A stretch of DNA of 63,992 nt, the filler included, from Cladosporium halotolerans (taxonomy: Eukaryota), in the NCBI RefSeq assembly GCF_011745625.1. It is 5 parts of 5 records of this genome, joined end to end, with 100 filler letters (N's around TTAATTAATTAA, not from the genome) between each part and the next. Parts side by side here need not be neighbours in the genome. Positions count along the whole stretch, not along the records: positions 1 to 14,481 come from NW_027191564.1; 4 more parts are not named here. One strand, written 5' to 3'. Made by a program: the position numbers and the translations under genes. This document shows, one piece after another, positions 1 through 9,419 of the stretch; position 1 is the first letter of the stretch; each line of letters begins with the position of its first letter. A model generated the notes under the pieces. The model was not told the DNA's origin. It searched no databases and saw nothing but the letters and a program-made list of their open reading frames with translations.

Positions 1-96
1 GAATCTGATTATTCAGGTCCGAGCTCAATCAGGGACCTGATTGATTGATTACCTGATTGATTATCTGATTGAGAAAATCAAGATTCAAGATCTATG
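1..96. mobile_element. Probable DNA-transposon (hAT-like) terminus with (TGAT)n subterminal repeats
   Basis: Clustered ctgattgattgatt/aatcag repeats in both orientations. The reverse complement of the end reads CATAGATCTTGAATC. Same architecture as the termini at 55757-55854 and 63894-63992. Confidence 0.55.
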
Positions 97-760
97 GTCT
101 GGTCTCGAAGCAGGTGGTGTGATCAGCCTAGTGTCGGCCGTGATTTCTCTGCTCGAAGCGGCCAAAACAATTTACGATGGCGCGCACAACGCCAAAGGTC
201 TTCCGGATACTTTCGCGAAAGTTGCTGAGAATATCCCTGTGGTAATAAAGATTCTCGACAACATCGAAAAGCGAGTTAAAAGCCTGTCCGAGCGTGTCAC
301 TGGCGAGTTCGACACCGCAAATAAACAAGAGCTAGAGGACGCTGCAAAGTCGGTGCGTCCAATCATCAAAACTTGCGAAGGCAACGCGGAGGACTTGAAA
401 GAGATCTTCGAGAAAGTCTTCAGCGACAGCGATTCCTCGTGGCTCCAGCGTTACAAGTCAGCGATTCGAAGTCTGAGGCCGGGTCGGCAGCAGAAAGTGG
501 AACATTTGATGAAAGAGATCCTGGAGAAGCTTGCACTCCTTCACACTAATGACTACTTTGAGGCGGTTGTCTCAGCAGAGGATTTGAGATCCGCGATCGC
601 TCAGCTCGAAGAAGCCGATCCTTCTCTTCCTTCTGGGACCACTATCATATCCAATGGCCCAGGCCCAATCAACGCAAATCTCAGCTCTGGAACCCAGTAC
701 AATCAGAATTCGTCCGGTGACCACAACACCACGCATAATCACTACGGTAGATCAACATGA
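97..760 (+). pseudogene. sesA: SesA-like (HeLo-like N-terminal effector domain) protein with C-terminal sigma-type amyloid motif; start codon disrupted
   Basis: SGLEAGGVISLVSAVISLLEAAKTIYD..GLP..F..VAENIP..C..L..IF..V pattern of the SesA domain. The C-terminal tail SNGPGPINANLSSGTQYNQNSSGDHNTTHNHYG is G/N/S/Q/T-rich. The nearest ATG (94-96) is out of frame by one base. Confidence 0.7.
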
Positions 761-1065
761 AAGCACCAACCCTGGAAGGCTAGATGCTCTGCGCGATGTT
801 CAATTGCAGGTGCATCACTCCGGATAGATGGACAGGTTTCGTGGTCACGACGACATGAACGAATGGAAACCAGTCGGGAACCCTAATGCCCTGATGTAGT
901 TTTTGCAATAGTTGACGTGAATCCAGAGTGGCGGTGAAAAGTACGCACCCACAAGAGTTTAGACAGTGCTTGAAGTCAATTATGATGAATGTTCATAGCA
1001 TGAAAATGAAATACCGTGGGTATCACTACAAAGAACGCATGCAAACACCCGTAAAGCCACCTCTT

Positions 1066-4000
1066 TCAACCGGCCGATCTCACCGGCTCCACACTCCTCG
1101 CGAACCGCTCGCCCTCGAACGTGACAGCCGACCTCTTGACTGGAGAGAAAGAAGGCAACGGGACCCCACCGCTCCCGCAATCACCCAACTTGAGCCTCGA
1201 CACAGCAGCCTCGACAGTCTCCTCATCGTCCACCTCCGTAATATCGGTGTCGCGCCTCCTTCTCTGGCCTGCTTCAAGAACCGGTAGCGCAACGTCGACG
1301 GCACCCAGAGTCTCCCTGATGTCCGCAAAGAGTAAGTCCATGGGGCAGATATATGTTCTCCCAGCGCGTTCGGCCAAGACGTGCCCGCAGACTTTGCCGT
1401 CACTACTGATGACCCAGGCGCCAGAGTCGCCGCCGACACCAAAGCCGCCGTGAACCGTCCAGGAAGCGGAGAACGTGGAGCGGCCATGGAGCTTGAGCAG
1501 TTCCATGGAGCTGGAGATGACGCCGGACGCTAGTCCGCTGGTGCGACCGAGGCAGTGAACCTTCGCGCCGGCGAGGTCCGAGCTGTTCTTGATGGCTATG
1601 GGGTGGGAGTCGGTGCCTATTTTGCTGGAAGTGGTGTCGCAGAATTTGCTACCGCCGCGCACGACGTTGTAAGGGTGGACTCGGGGAGGGAGGAGCTCGA
1701 ATAGAGCCCAATCGATCTCCTGCGGGAGAGAAGAACTGATGCCGCGATACCCTGTCTCGGTTGAGTGAAAGGCACTGCGCTTGAGACCGGACGAGGCGTG
1801 CACTTGGCCGAGCTTGTAAGACAGAATGTGGTCTTCGTCAACGCCGGAGTCCTCGTCATCCTCGTCCTCTTCGTCGGCGTGGAGGTTGAGGCTGATGGCG
1901 TCATCGAGAGCAGGCTGAGTGATTTCGATCTCTATACCTTCCCCGGGCAGAATCCCACCCATGTCTCCGTCGGCCTGCTGGTCGTCATCAAAGCTGGCGT
2001 CGGACGGTGCAGAGATCTGCCGGACGGTGCTGTTGTCTTCGGACTCTGGTGACTCAGGCGTGTCGCTGAAGCTGAGTACACTCGAAGAATCTGATGCATC
2101 GTCCTCATCAACGTCCTCTTCTTCCTCTTCCTCTTCCACTTCAAGCATATGATGCACGCTCATTCCGAAAGACCGACCGTCGATGTTCACGGTACCCCCG
2201 AACGAGACCGGCGGCAGGTGAGTTTCGTCCTTGTAAGCCCCAATCGAGGCACCGCACATTGGCTGTGGCTGGTAGTCTGGATTGCCGGCTTCGTACTCTT
2301 GCTCGAACCGCGGCCCCATCGACCGCACCGCTTGCTGCGCCGCAGATTCTCGACGGCCTTTGCGACACCGCGAGATCTTTCCCTTCTGCACTCTGACAAT
2401 GCAAGCATTCGAGTCACAGCGGAAATGGCGTTTGAGCACCTGCTTGACGCTCTGAGTAGAGTTGCAAGTGATGAGGTACGTCGGCTTTGCTGTCTCAAGT
2501 GACTCTCCGCAAGAAGTGAGTTCAATAGAAGACGACTCGATTGAACCTTTAAGTGCCTTGGTAACCAGGCGTCCCAGCTTAAGCGCCGTCGTATGATTCC
2601 AGTCGTCTCGGATGGCTTGCGGAATGTCAAGCAAGGGAAATTCCAGTAGGCGAGACTTACATTTGGCAACGGCGCGAGACTGTTGTGTGAAGGTCACGTC
2701 CGCAGCAGGGACAGACTCGACAGCACCAGTTTCGGCGCGACATTGCAGACGTTCTCGCCATCTCTGCTGAATGATCACCACCTTGCGCTTGAAATCCTGG
2801 AAGCCTCGGGTTTGCGAAATGCGGCTTTTGGGCTGTTGAGCAGTATCCGCAGTGCCCTGTCTGCTTGGCACGGGACGCCTCCTTATGGCTGCCGACGGGT
2901 TAGGTGGGATGGCTGAGGCGACATTCGAGAAAGAAGAGATTCGAGAGAAACTACTCGGTGCCATGCTGGAGATGGACTCCTTCCTTGCGACTTCTGCCGG
3001 ATCCGGTAGTTGCTGGTGTGCGCGCTCCGGCGGAATCACAGGTGCAGGAGGAAGGTATCGCTGACTCCTCGACAGTTCCGCAAGGTAGGATGCCATTTCG
3101 TGATCGTCAGTAGTTTCTTCAGCTTCAGCGTCAAGCATACAACATCGCCGTAGCTGCGGAAGTATCTTTTCGTAGATGGCTTCGGTCGTGAGACTTGCTG
3201 CCTCGCCAGCATCAGCCGCCGCGAGACAAGTTTGCACGGCTCGCATATAAGCTGTACCGCATCTTGATGCCAGCTTCGGAGCCCAAAGCTTCTCCAATCG
3301 AAGCTTGAAATCTGCTAGGGTGTACTTCGGCTTGTACATGTCTCCGAGCGACTGCCAGATGCCGATTTCCAATAGGATGAGGGCCAGACTGTATATGTCA
3401 AATTTGATGTCGGCTGCAAGGTCTCTGTCTAAAGCGTGAGGGTGCTCTTGTGGATGGCGGTAGATGTTGAGGTTGGAAGACCGGCCTTGACCTTCTACAC
3501 TGCTCTTGGTGAAGACGTCAAATGATGCCCAGATAGGTGACTTGAGGCCTTTCAGGCGTCGTGATGCAGCCTCATTGGAAGTCGTGGCGAATATTACACT
3601 ACTGCTATTGATATTCCCATGAGGCAGTTCGCGCTGATGCAGATCGCGCAACTGCTCGGTCAAGCGAAGCGCAAGCTTGAAGCGAGCCTCGAGGGGCGGT
3701 GGTTCGGTGTCCCCGGGTGATGGCTGGATAGGCTTGGCTTTCCGGATGAGGTTGAGAAGGCTCAAGGGAGCCAAGGTTTCGGCGGATGCGATAGCGGTTG
3801 CGTGTAAGCGATTTTGCACGGAGTACGGCAGGTCATAGACCAGGCCTATGCGAGGTTCATGAGGGTCTTCGAAATACCCGAGCAAGCTAATGTTATGCTG
3901 AGACTCCGGTCTCATTGGCAAAAAGGCCATGGAAAGTGCTTCTAGTCGATGCAGCGGTGGCGGTACCCCAGTTTGCTGATACGTGGAGTCAAAGTTGGCA

Positions 4001-4839
4001 TACTCAACAAGAACCGAGACCTCCGAAGCGCTGCTGCCGAGCGCACATTGAACGCTCTCCGAAGCTCTGTCTCTGAGGAGCTGACCGACAAGCCTTGTGG
4101 CAATTGGGACTCCGAGGCTTTCGTAAGGTGGAGGCTTCTCGTCAGGCAGGCGGAGAGCGCTTAGCTCTATTCGGGGCGGAAGTCCAGCGTAAGGTGACAG
4201 CACCGGTCGGAGGAATGGGAGAGGGTTCACGAGGGTCAGATCGGATTCTGCGATGCTTGCGGCTTTACCGTCGCTCTTGGAAGCGCTGGTGAGCCTCTTG
4301 TTCGCGAATACTCGATCCGCCTCGGGATCGGTGGAGAAGCTGGGGTGCTCGCCCCGGGCGAGGGCTTTCCGCGATCTGGACAAGTCGTACAACGTGTCGT
4401 TGGATGCAGTCAAGTCGTCGAGCAGGTCGACGTAGCGAGACTCGTCGAATGGCAAAGGTGGCTTGGCCTTTTCGCCGACCTTGAAAGTCTCACCAGCGGA
4501 GCGGACATTGTCGAGCTCGTTGATGACTTCGCGCACGTTGCCCAGCACACTCTCAACAATCTCGGTCAAGCCAGCCTTGGCAACAGACTCGTCAATGTCG
4601 CCGTCGGGACCGTTGGTGTCATCGCTCCAGGCCAGGCCCCATGTAATGAAGCGGTCCTTTTGGATGCGGAACTTGCGCTGTAGAGCTCGAAACTGCTCCG
4701 GGGTCTCTTGCTGCGTTGCAGCGAACGGGTTGATATCGACGTTGGTGATGGCGCTCCTTTTTGCATCAGTGTACAGCTTCGTGAGGGTGCTGATTTTCTC
4801 CGGCGGAGGCGCCAGGCGCGGTCGTCTGTAGGCCTCCAT
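1066..4839 (-). CDS. 1257-aa multidomain protein: HeLo (HET-s/LopB-like) N-terminus, kinase-like domain, IQ-like motif, C-terminal Ssy5-like (S64) trypsin-fold serine protease
   Basis: Uninterrupted ORF. FRIQKDRFITWGLAW is HeLo-like. HGNINSSSVIF, NIYRHP and DIYSLALILLEIGIWQ are kinase-fold motifs. GMSVHHM / EIDWALF / GGDSGAWV give a His-Asp-Ser triad. Confidence 0.85.
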   Translation of the reverse strand: MEAYRRPRLAPPPEKISTLTKLYTDAKRSAITNVDINPFAATQQETPEQFRALQRKFRIQKDRFITWGLAWSDDTNGPDGDIDESVAKAGLTEIVESVLGNVREVINELDNVRSAGETFKVGEKAKPPLPFDESRYVDLLDDLTASNDTLYDLSRSRKALARGEHPSFSTDPEADRVFANKRLTSASKSDGKAASIAESDLTLVNPLPFLRPVLSPYAGLPPRIELSALRLPDEKPPPYESLGVPIATRLVGQLLRDRASESVQCALGSSASEVSVLVEYANFDSTYQQTGVPPPLHRLEALSMAFLPMRPESQHNISLLGYFEDPHEPRIGLVYDLPYSVQNRLHATAIASAETLAPLSLLNLIRKAKPIQPSPGDTEPPPLEARFKLALRLTEQLRDLHQRELPHGNINSSSVIFATTSNEAASRRLKGLKSPIWASFDVFTKSSVEGQGRSSNLNIYRHPQEHPHALDRDLAADIKFDIYSLALILLEIGIWQSLGDMYKPKYTLADFKLRLEKLWAPKLASRCGTAYMRAVQTCLAAADAGEAASLTTEAIYEKILPQLRRCCMLDAEAEETTDDHEMASYLAELSRSQRYLPPAPVIPPERAHQQLPDPAEVARKESISSMAPSSFSRISSFSNVASAIPPNPSAAIRRRPVPSRQGTADTAQQPKSRISQTRGFQDFKRKVVIIQQRWRERLQCRAETGAVESVPAADVTFTQQSRAVAKCKSRLLEFPLLDIPQAIRDDWNHTTALKLGRLVTKALKGSIESSSIELTSCGESLETAKPTYLITCNSTQSVKQVLKRHFRCDSNACIVRVQKGKISRCRKGRRESAAQQAVRSMGPRFEQEYEAGNPDYQPQPMCGASIGAYKDETHLPPVSFGGTVNIDGRSFGMSVHHMLEVEEEEEEEDVDEDDASDSSSVLSFSDTPESPESEDNSTVRQISAPSDASFDDDQQADGDMGGILPGEGIEIEITQPALDDAISLNLHADEEDEDDEDSGVDEDHILSYKLGQVHASSGLKRSAFHSTETGYRGISSSLPQEIDWALFELLPPRVHPYNVVRGGSKFCDTTSSKIGTDSHPIAIKNSSDLAGAKVHCLGRTSGLASGVISSSMELLKLHGRSTFSASWTVHGGFGVGGDSGAWVISSDGKVCGHVLAERAGRTYICPMDLLFADIRETLGAVDVALPVLEAGQRRRRDTDITEVDDEETVEAAVSRLKLGDCGSGGVPLPSFSPVKRSAVTFEGERFARSVEPVRSAG

Positions 4840-5125
4840 GCTTGTCGGGCGTGAGAAGTCTGGAAGGCTTTCAGAGAGGCATACGCCGCGATCGGGGCGT
4901 TCTCAAGCAGCCGACTTGTCACTTATATGGTTGATGCATCTGTTCGGCCATGATTGAGACCGTCGACGGGATGCGGACAGGATGAAAGGTGCCGCCTGGG
5001 TTTATGTCGTTGCCTTGAGGCGCCGCTCGATTGGGCTTAGCGGCAGTGGGAGACAGCGGGAGGACCCTCGAATTCTGGATTTGCCTGCTGCTGCGCCCGA
5101 AAGCCAGCGCGCAAAGCATTTGCCG

Positions 5126-5345
5126 CACGTGACTTGGCATGGCAAAACGGCAAGTCGCCGCCTGGGGTTGGATGAGATGGGATGGGAAGGGGCCTATCCG
5201 CAATCCCGCTACTGTCAGTGCAGCCTTCAGTGGATTCTTGTTCGAAGATACTCATCCACCTGTGAGTCTACGCTTGGGTTTGAGCTGTCAACCAGAGGCA
5301 CGTGATGCGGGAGCATCACGTGATTGATCTTACTATTAACACGTG
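5126..5345. promoter_or_regulatory. Cluster of four CACGTG(A) E-boxes in a divergent promoter
   Basis: CACGTG at 5126, 5299, 5317 and 5340. 5299-5322 is a perfect inverted repeat, CACGTGATGC-GGGA-GCATCACGTG. Confidence 0.55.
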
Positions 5346-6562
5346 ATCGGGAGCTGCCTGCCTGCCTGCCTGTAAGCAAGGCGATGGCCAACCGTGCACT
5401 TGCTTCGGCTGGCGTCAGCTGTGCTCGTAATAAACCTGTAGATGTACAGCACAGTGTAAGCCTGGCTTGATGGGAGCGACGACGGCAGACTACCTAGGTA
5501 GTGTCTCTCGCGTGCATGCCCGGCCCATCCTCGTGTCTGCAGAGAGGGCTCCGTCTTGCCCAGCAGTCCCAACCACGATCGCTGCACCCGACTGCACGGG
5601 AGGGATCTGATACTACTCGCGGCTAGCAGACGCACTCCAGGCGTTGTCTGCAGCTAGAAGGCCCGAAGGCGCTGGTGGACACGCATGGCGTCCACCAGCG
5701 CCGAGTCGCGGGCGCCAGGCGCAAGGCGACGCCCACAAGACCCGAGCGATCTCGGAGCGCGGGCGGAGAAGAGCGGAGCCCGCGGAGCGCCTTGCCCGAT
5801 CGGGCGACGAACGAGCAGCGGGCGGCGGGCGGAGATGGCAGGCGCGGCGTATCAGATGCGTCACGAATGTCAAGAGATGGGGTGATTTTTACCCCTGATC
5901 AGGCTGGCCAGTGCCCGGGGGCCGAGTGCCTGGGCCACGGTCTCACCCTCGCCCTCTCGTGCTTCTTTTGCCAGCGCTTTCCATTTCTTTATCTGATCTT
6001 GTCCTCCGATCTGATACCGCCTCCTCTCCTCTCCCCTCCACTCCGCGCCATCGCCGTCGCCGTCGCCACACGTCTTTTGCACCGCAACGCAGGCTGCACC
6101 TCACCAAGTCGAATTGCCATTGCTTTTATTAAGCGACAGCCGATCACAGTAGCGATCTTCGCACGCTGCAGCACCCGGCTGTCGAAGCGGCATTGATCGC
6201 GTCAGCAACGGCAGGGCTCCTCAGGCTCACAGTCATCCTCAGCTGCCGAGGCCACTTTCCAGGCCAGCCAGCCAGCCCGCTCCAGTCCCTGCGCCGCTGG
6301 AAGAAGTCTTGGTGAGTGCAACCCCACCGGATCTCGTCATTCCCCCAGCGCCAAAGATAATTCCGCCCATGCTGGCTGCTTCTGTCTTCGCCATGCTTTG
6401 CAACCATTACCAATGCCACCGACATACCACTAACCCTCACTCTCTGCACTGCAGCCCTACCTAATACCATTCGCCTTTCCCCTCCCACTATAAGGCGCAC
6501 CTTACACTACTCACTCAATCCACCCAACTCGACTGCGCAAACTCCAAACACACACAACGACC

Positions 6563-8686
6563 ATGGAAACTCCACAAACACCCAGTCGCCGCCATTCGCT
6601 CTCCTCCCTGCCCTACCGCCACAAGCCCATACCGAACACCGCGACGAGCCATCCGGACAACCCCATCCCCACCGACCCGACCGCCTCGCACAAACTCAGC
6701 AAGCTGTCGCCGCGCATCAGAGCCCAGTTCGCCGTCACCGAACCGACCAGGTCCAGCGCAGAGAGCCTGCACGCCAACACAGACGAATCAAGTGACTCCG
6801 ATGCACCCTCAACGCCTTTGACAGAGCCTCAGGAAGGCTCTGCCGATGAAGGCTTTGACAAGCTCCCCGAACTGCCCACAAGCCCCTCGAAAGAGCGCAA
6901 ACGGAGAGCAAGCACAACCTACGCCTCCAACTCCCAGGAGATTAGGAGGCTCCTGGGCGATGGCATTGGCACAAGGTTCTTGGAGAAATACTGCTGTGGT
7001 GAGGGCTGCTGCATGAACGAGGCTCTGCCCCAGAAGAACAACAAGCCGGACTTCAGGCCTATTGTTGCGCCCGACAACGATGCCTTCCGCTTCCTGGCTC
7101 CCAACTTGCGCTCCCTCACCCAGGATACCACATTGACGAAGGTTGCGGAGATGCCTGAGACGAGGATCTCGTTCGGCGGTATCCGCAGGGAGTCAATTGC
7201 TGCCAAATTTCCCGGAGAGAGCCACGAGCACAGTGCCAGCGCAGTCAATGTTCGCCCACCCGAGTACATGAAGCCACACCCTCCATACGACATCTTCAAT
7301 GCGCCAGTCTACGGAGCCCGAGAGCTCACTAAGCCTGGAGCTGAGAAGAGGACTTTCCACTTCGACATCGACGTTACAGACTACCCGGAGGAAGGAGGCG
7401 TTGACTTCAAGGTCGGCGGAGCTGTTGGTATCTGCCCTCCCAACGACCCCGCGGTCGTTGACGACATCCTGGATCAACTGGGAGTGCCACGCTTCATCCG
7501 CGACAAGCCCATCCGCCTCAACACGAACGGCGGCCGCTGGCCAACCATCTGGGGTGACGACACCGCCCGCGAGCTCCTTACTACTCGCCGTGAGATCCTT
7601 ACCTGGACTGTCGACATCAGCTCCACAGCACCCACGAAGCCTCTATTCCGCGTGCTTGCAGAATATGCGACTGCCGAGAACGAGAAAAAGATCCTGACCT
7701 ACCTCTGCTCCGCACAGGGCAAGGCTGCCTTCTGCGACCTGCGGACAGGCCCTCACATCACCCTGCAGCAGCTGCTCCACGCCTTCCCATCCTCCAAGCC
7801 GCCGCTCGAGACGGTCCTCGCGACTCTCAACCAGCTCATGCCCCGCTTCTACTCTCTCAGCAACGACCCTCACGTCTCCTCCGCCCGCGAAGGTCTGGCC
7901 GGCCGCCGCTTGATCGAAATGGCCGTCACCGTTCACGAGACGGCATCTTACCAAGGGGCCAACCGCACCGGTGTCGGCTCTGGTTTTCTCGAGCGCCAGG
8001 CTCTCCGTTTCGTCGCTGCCGAAAAGCGCGCAATTGAAGAAGCTGAAGAAGCAGGCCTCCCCGCGCCCCAGCCCGGTGTCGCCGGCCGCAACCTCAACGT
8101 CCAAGTCCCTATGTTCCGCGGCCTCATGAGCAACCCGCTCTCTCGCGAGTTCGCATCCGACGGCCCTATGATGCTCATCGGCGCCGGTGTCGGTATGGCG
8201 CCCTTCCGCGGCTTCATTCTCAACCGCCTTAAGAACGCCAACTGCGCCAACAAAATCTGGCTCGTGCAAGGAGTGCGCGACTCTATGCTCGACGAGATCT
8301 ACCAGGGCGAGCTCGGTGACCACGAGAAGGAAATTAAGAAGGTCGTACAATCTCGCGCACAAGCCCCGCCACCGACAGCGGATGAGATCGCCGCAGCAGC
8401 CGAAGAAGAAGCCGCGCCAGCCTCCGTCAAAGAAGAGCGCAGTTCCCGCAAGGTTGCCAAATACGTGCAGGATGAGGTTCGCCTGCAAGCCGACATTGTT
8501 TGGTTCGTGATCAACGCTGTCGACGGCCGAATCTTCGTCTGCGGCAGCTCCAAGGGCATGGGTGAGGGCGTGCAAAGCGCTCTGATCGATGTCGCCATGG
8601 ACAAGGGCAACCTCGACTACGAGACCGCGACACAGTTCTGGGAGCAGAAGAAGAAAGACGGGCAATACATTGCCGAGACGTGGTAA
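6563..8686 (+). CDS. FAD/NADPH-binding oxidoreductase (CPR / sulfite-reductase-flavoprotein / methionine-synthase-reductase-like C-terminal module, no flavodoxin domain)
   Basis: 707-aa ORF with RFYSLSN (FAD), GVGSGFL, MLIGAGVGMAPFRGF (NADPH), KYVQD, IFVCGS and terminal ETW. Confidence 0.9.
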   Translation: METPQTPSRRHSLSSLPYRHKPIPNTATSHPDNPIPTDPTASHKLSKLSPRIRAQFAVTEPTRSSAESLHANTDESSDSDAPSTPLTEPQEGSADEGFDKLPELPTSPSKERKRRASTTYASNSQEIRRLLGDGIGTRFLEKYCCGEGCCMNEALPQKNNKPDFRPIVAPDNDAFRFLAPNLRSLTQDTTLTKVAEMPETRISFGGIRRESIAAKFPGESHEHSASAVNVRPPEYMKPHPPYDIFNAPVYGARELTKPGAEKRTFHFDIDVTDYPEEGGVDFKVGGAVGICPPNDPAVVDDILDQLGVPRFIRDKPIRLNTNGGRWPTIWGDDTARELLTTRREILTWTVDISSTAPTKPLFRVLAEYATAENEKKILTYLCSAQGKAAFCDLRTGPHITLQQLLHAFPSSKPPLETVLATLNQLMPRFYSLSNDPHVSSAREGLAGRRLIEMAVTVHETASYQGANRTGVGSGFLERQALRFVAAEKRAIEEAEEAGLPAPQPGVAGRNLNVQVPMFRGLMSNPLSREFASDGPMMLIGAGVGMAPFRGFILNRLKNANCANKIWLVQGVRDSMLDEIYQGELGDHEKEIKKVVQSRAQAPPPTADEIAAAAEEEAAPASVKEERSSRKVAKYVQDEVRLQADIVWFVINAVDGRIFVCGSSKGMGEGVQSALIDVAMDKGNLDYETATQFWEQKKKDGQYIAETW

Positions 8687-9419
8687 AACGGTCAAGTTCG
8701 TCTTCGCGTAGGGTCGGTTGTCTGTCATTTGGTTGCTCAAGAGGATCGATCTTTCACATTTATTGCATAGCGCTGGGCGTTTGGAGCGGTTGTCAACAGA
8801 ATTCGCAAGGAGTTGGTTGGAAATGGTTTAGGGTCCGGTATGTCTTCTTCCCTGACATTGATGGAGTGGCCTTCGCTTTTTGTCGATGTAGGAATAGCAG
8901 TATATTTGCAAAGCGGCCAGTGTGTCGTTCCAGAACTGCATGGTCAAGACTTATTTCAACACGCTATTGTGTCAGATCTGAACACATGACATATTACTTT
9001 TTCATCTGAGCAATTGACCCCCTCCAATACCTTCCGATGCCGTATTGAGCCGCATTCCTCACATATACTTCGCAATCGCTGTTCCTATATGCAACTCGCT
9101 TCTTCCGTGAGGAGCTCGGCGACTGTTCTTGGTGCTGGTGGTATTGGCTCTTCTAAGTGAATGCCAACAGCCGAAGTGAAGACTAATTTGAGCAGACATC
9201 AATACTTCAGTCACATGCCATTCTCCCGTGACGCTAATGGCGTAGCATGTGAATGCCCTCCACCGTCGTCACTTCACAAAAAAGCCCACCTCCCCACGCA
9301 ACTGCAGACGCGCGCCACCCACCAATAACACATCCTTCCATCGAAACACTCCCATCTCCCACCGCGAGCACTACCAACTGATCACCTATTACCTCGGGTC
9401 ATCCTTTCCGTCCGCCACC

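Noticed and set aside
41..96. ORF-track N-terminus MIDYLIDYLIEK
   Set aside because: Translation of TGAT repeats from a non-ATG start; not part of the SesA protein.
7643..8740. 365-aa antisense ORF
   Set aside because: Shadow of the GC3-rich reductase gene on the opposite strand.
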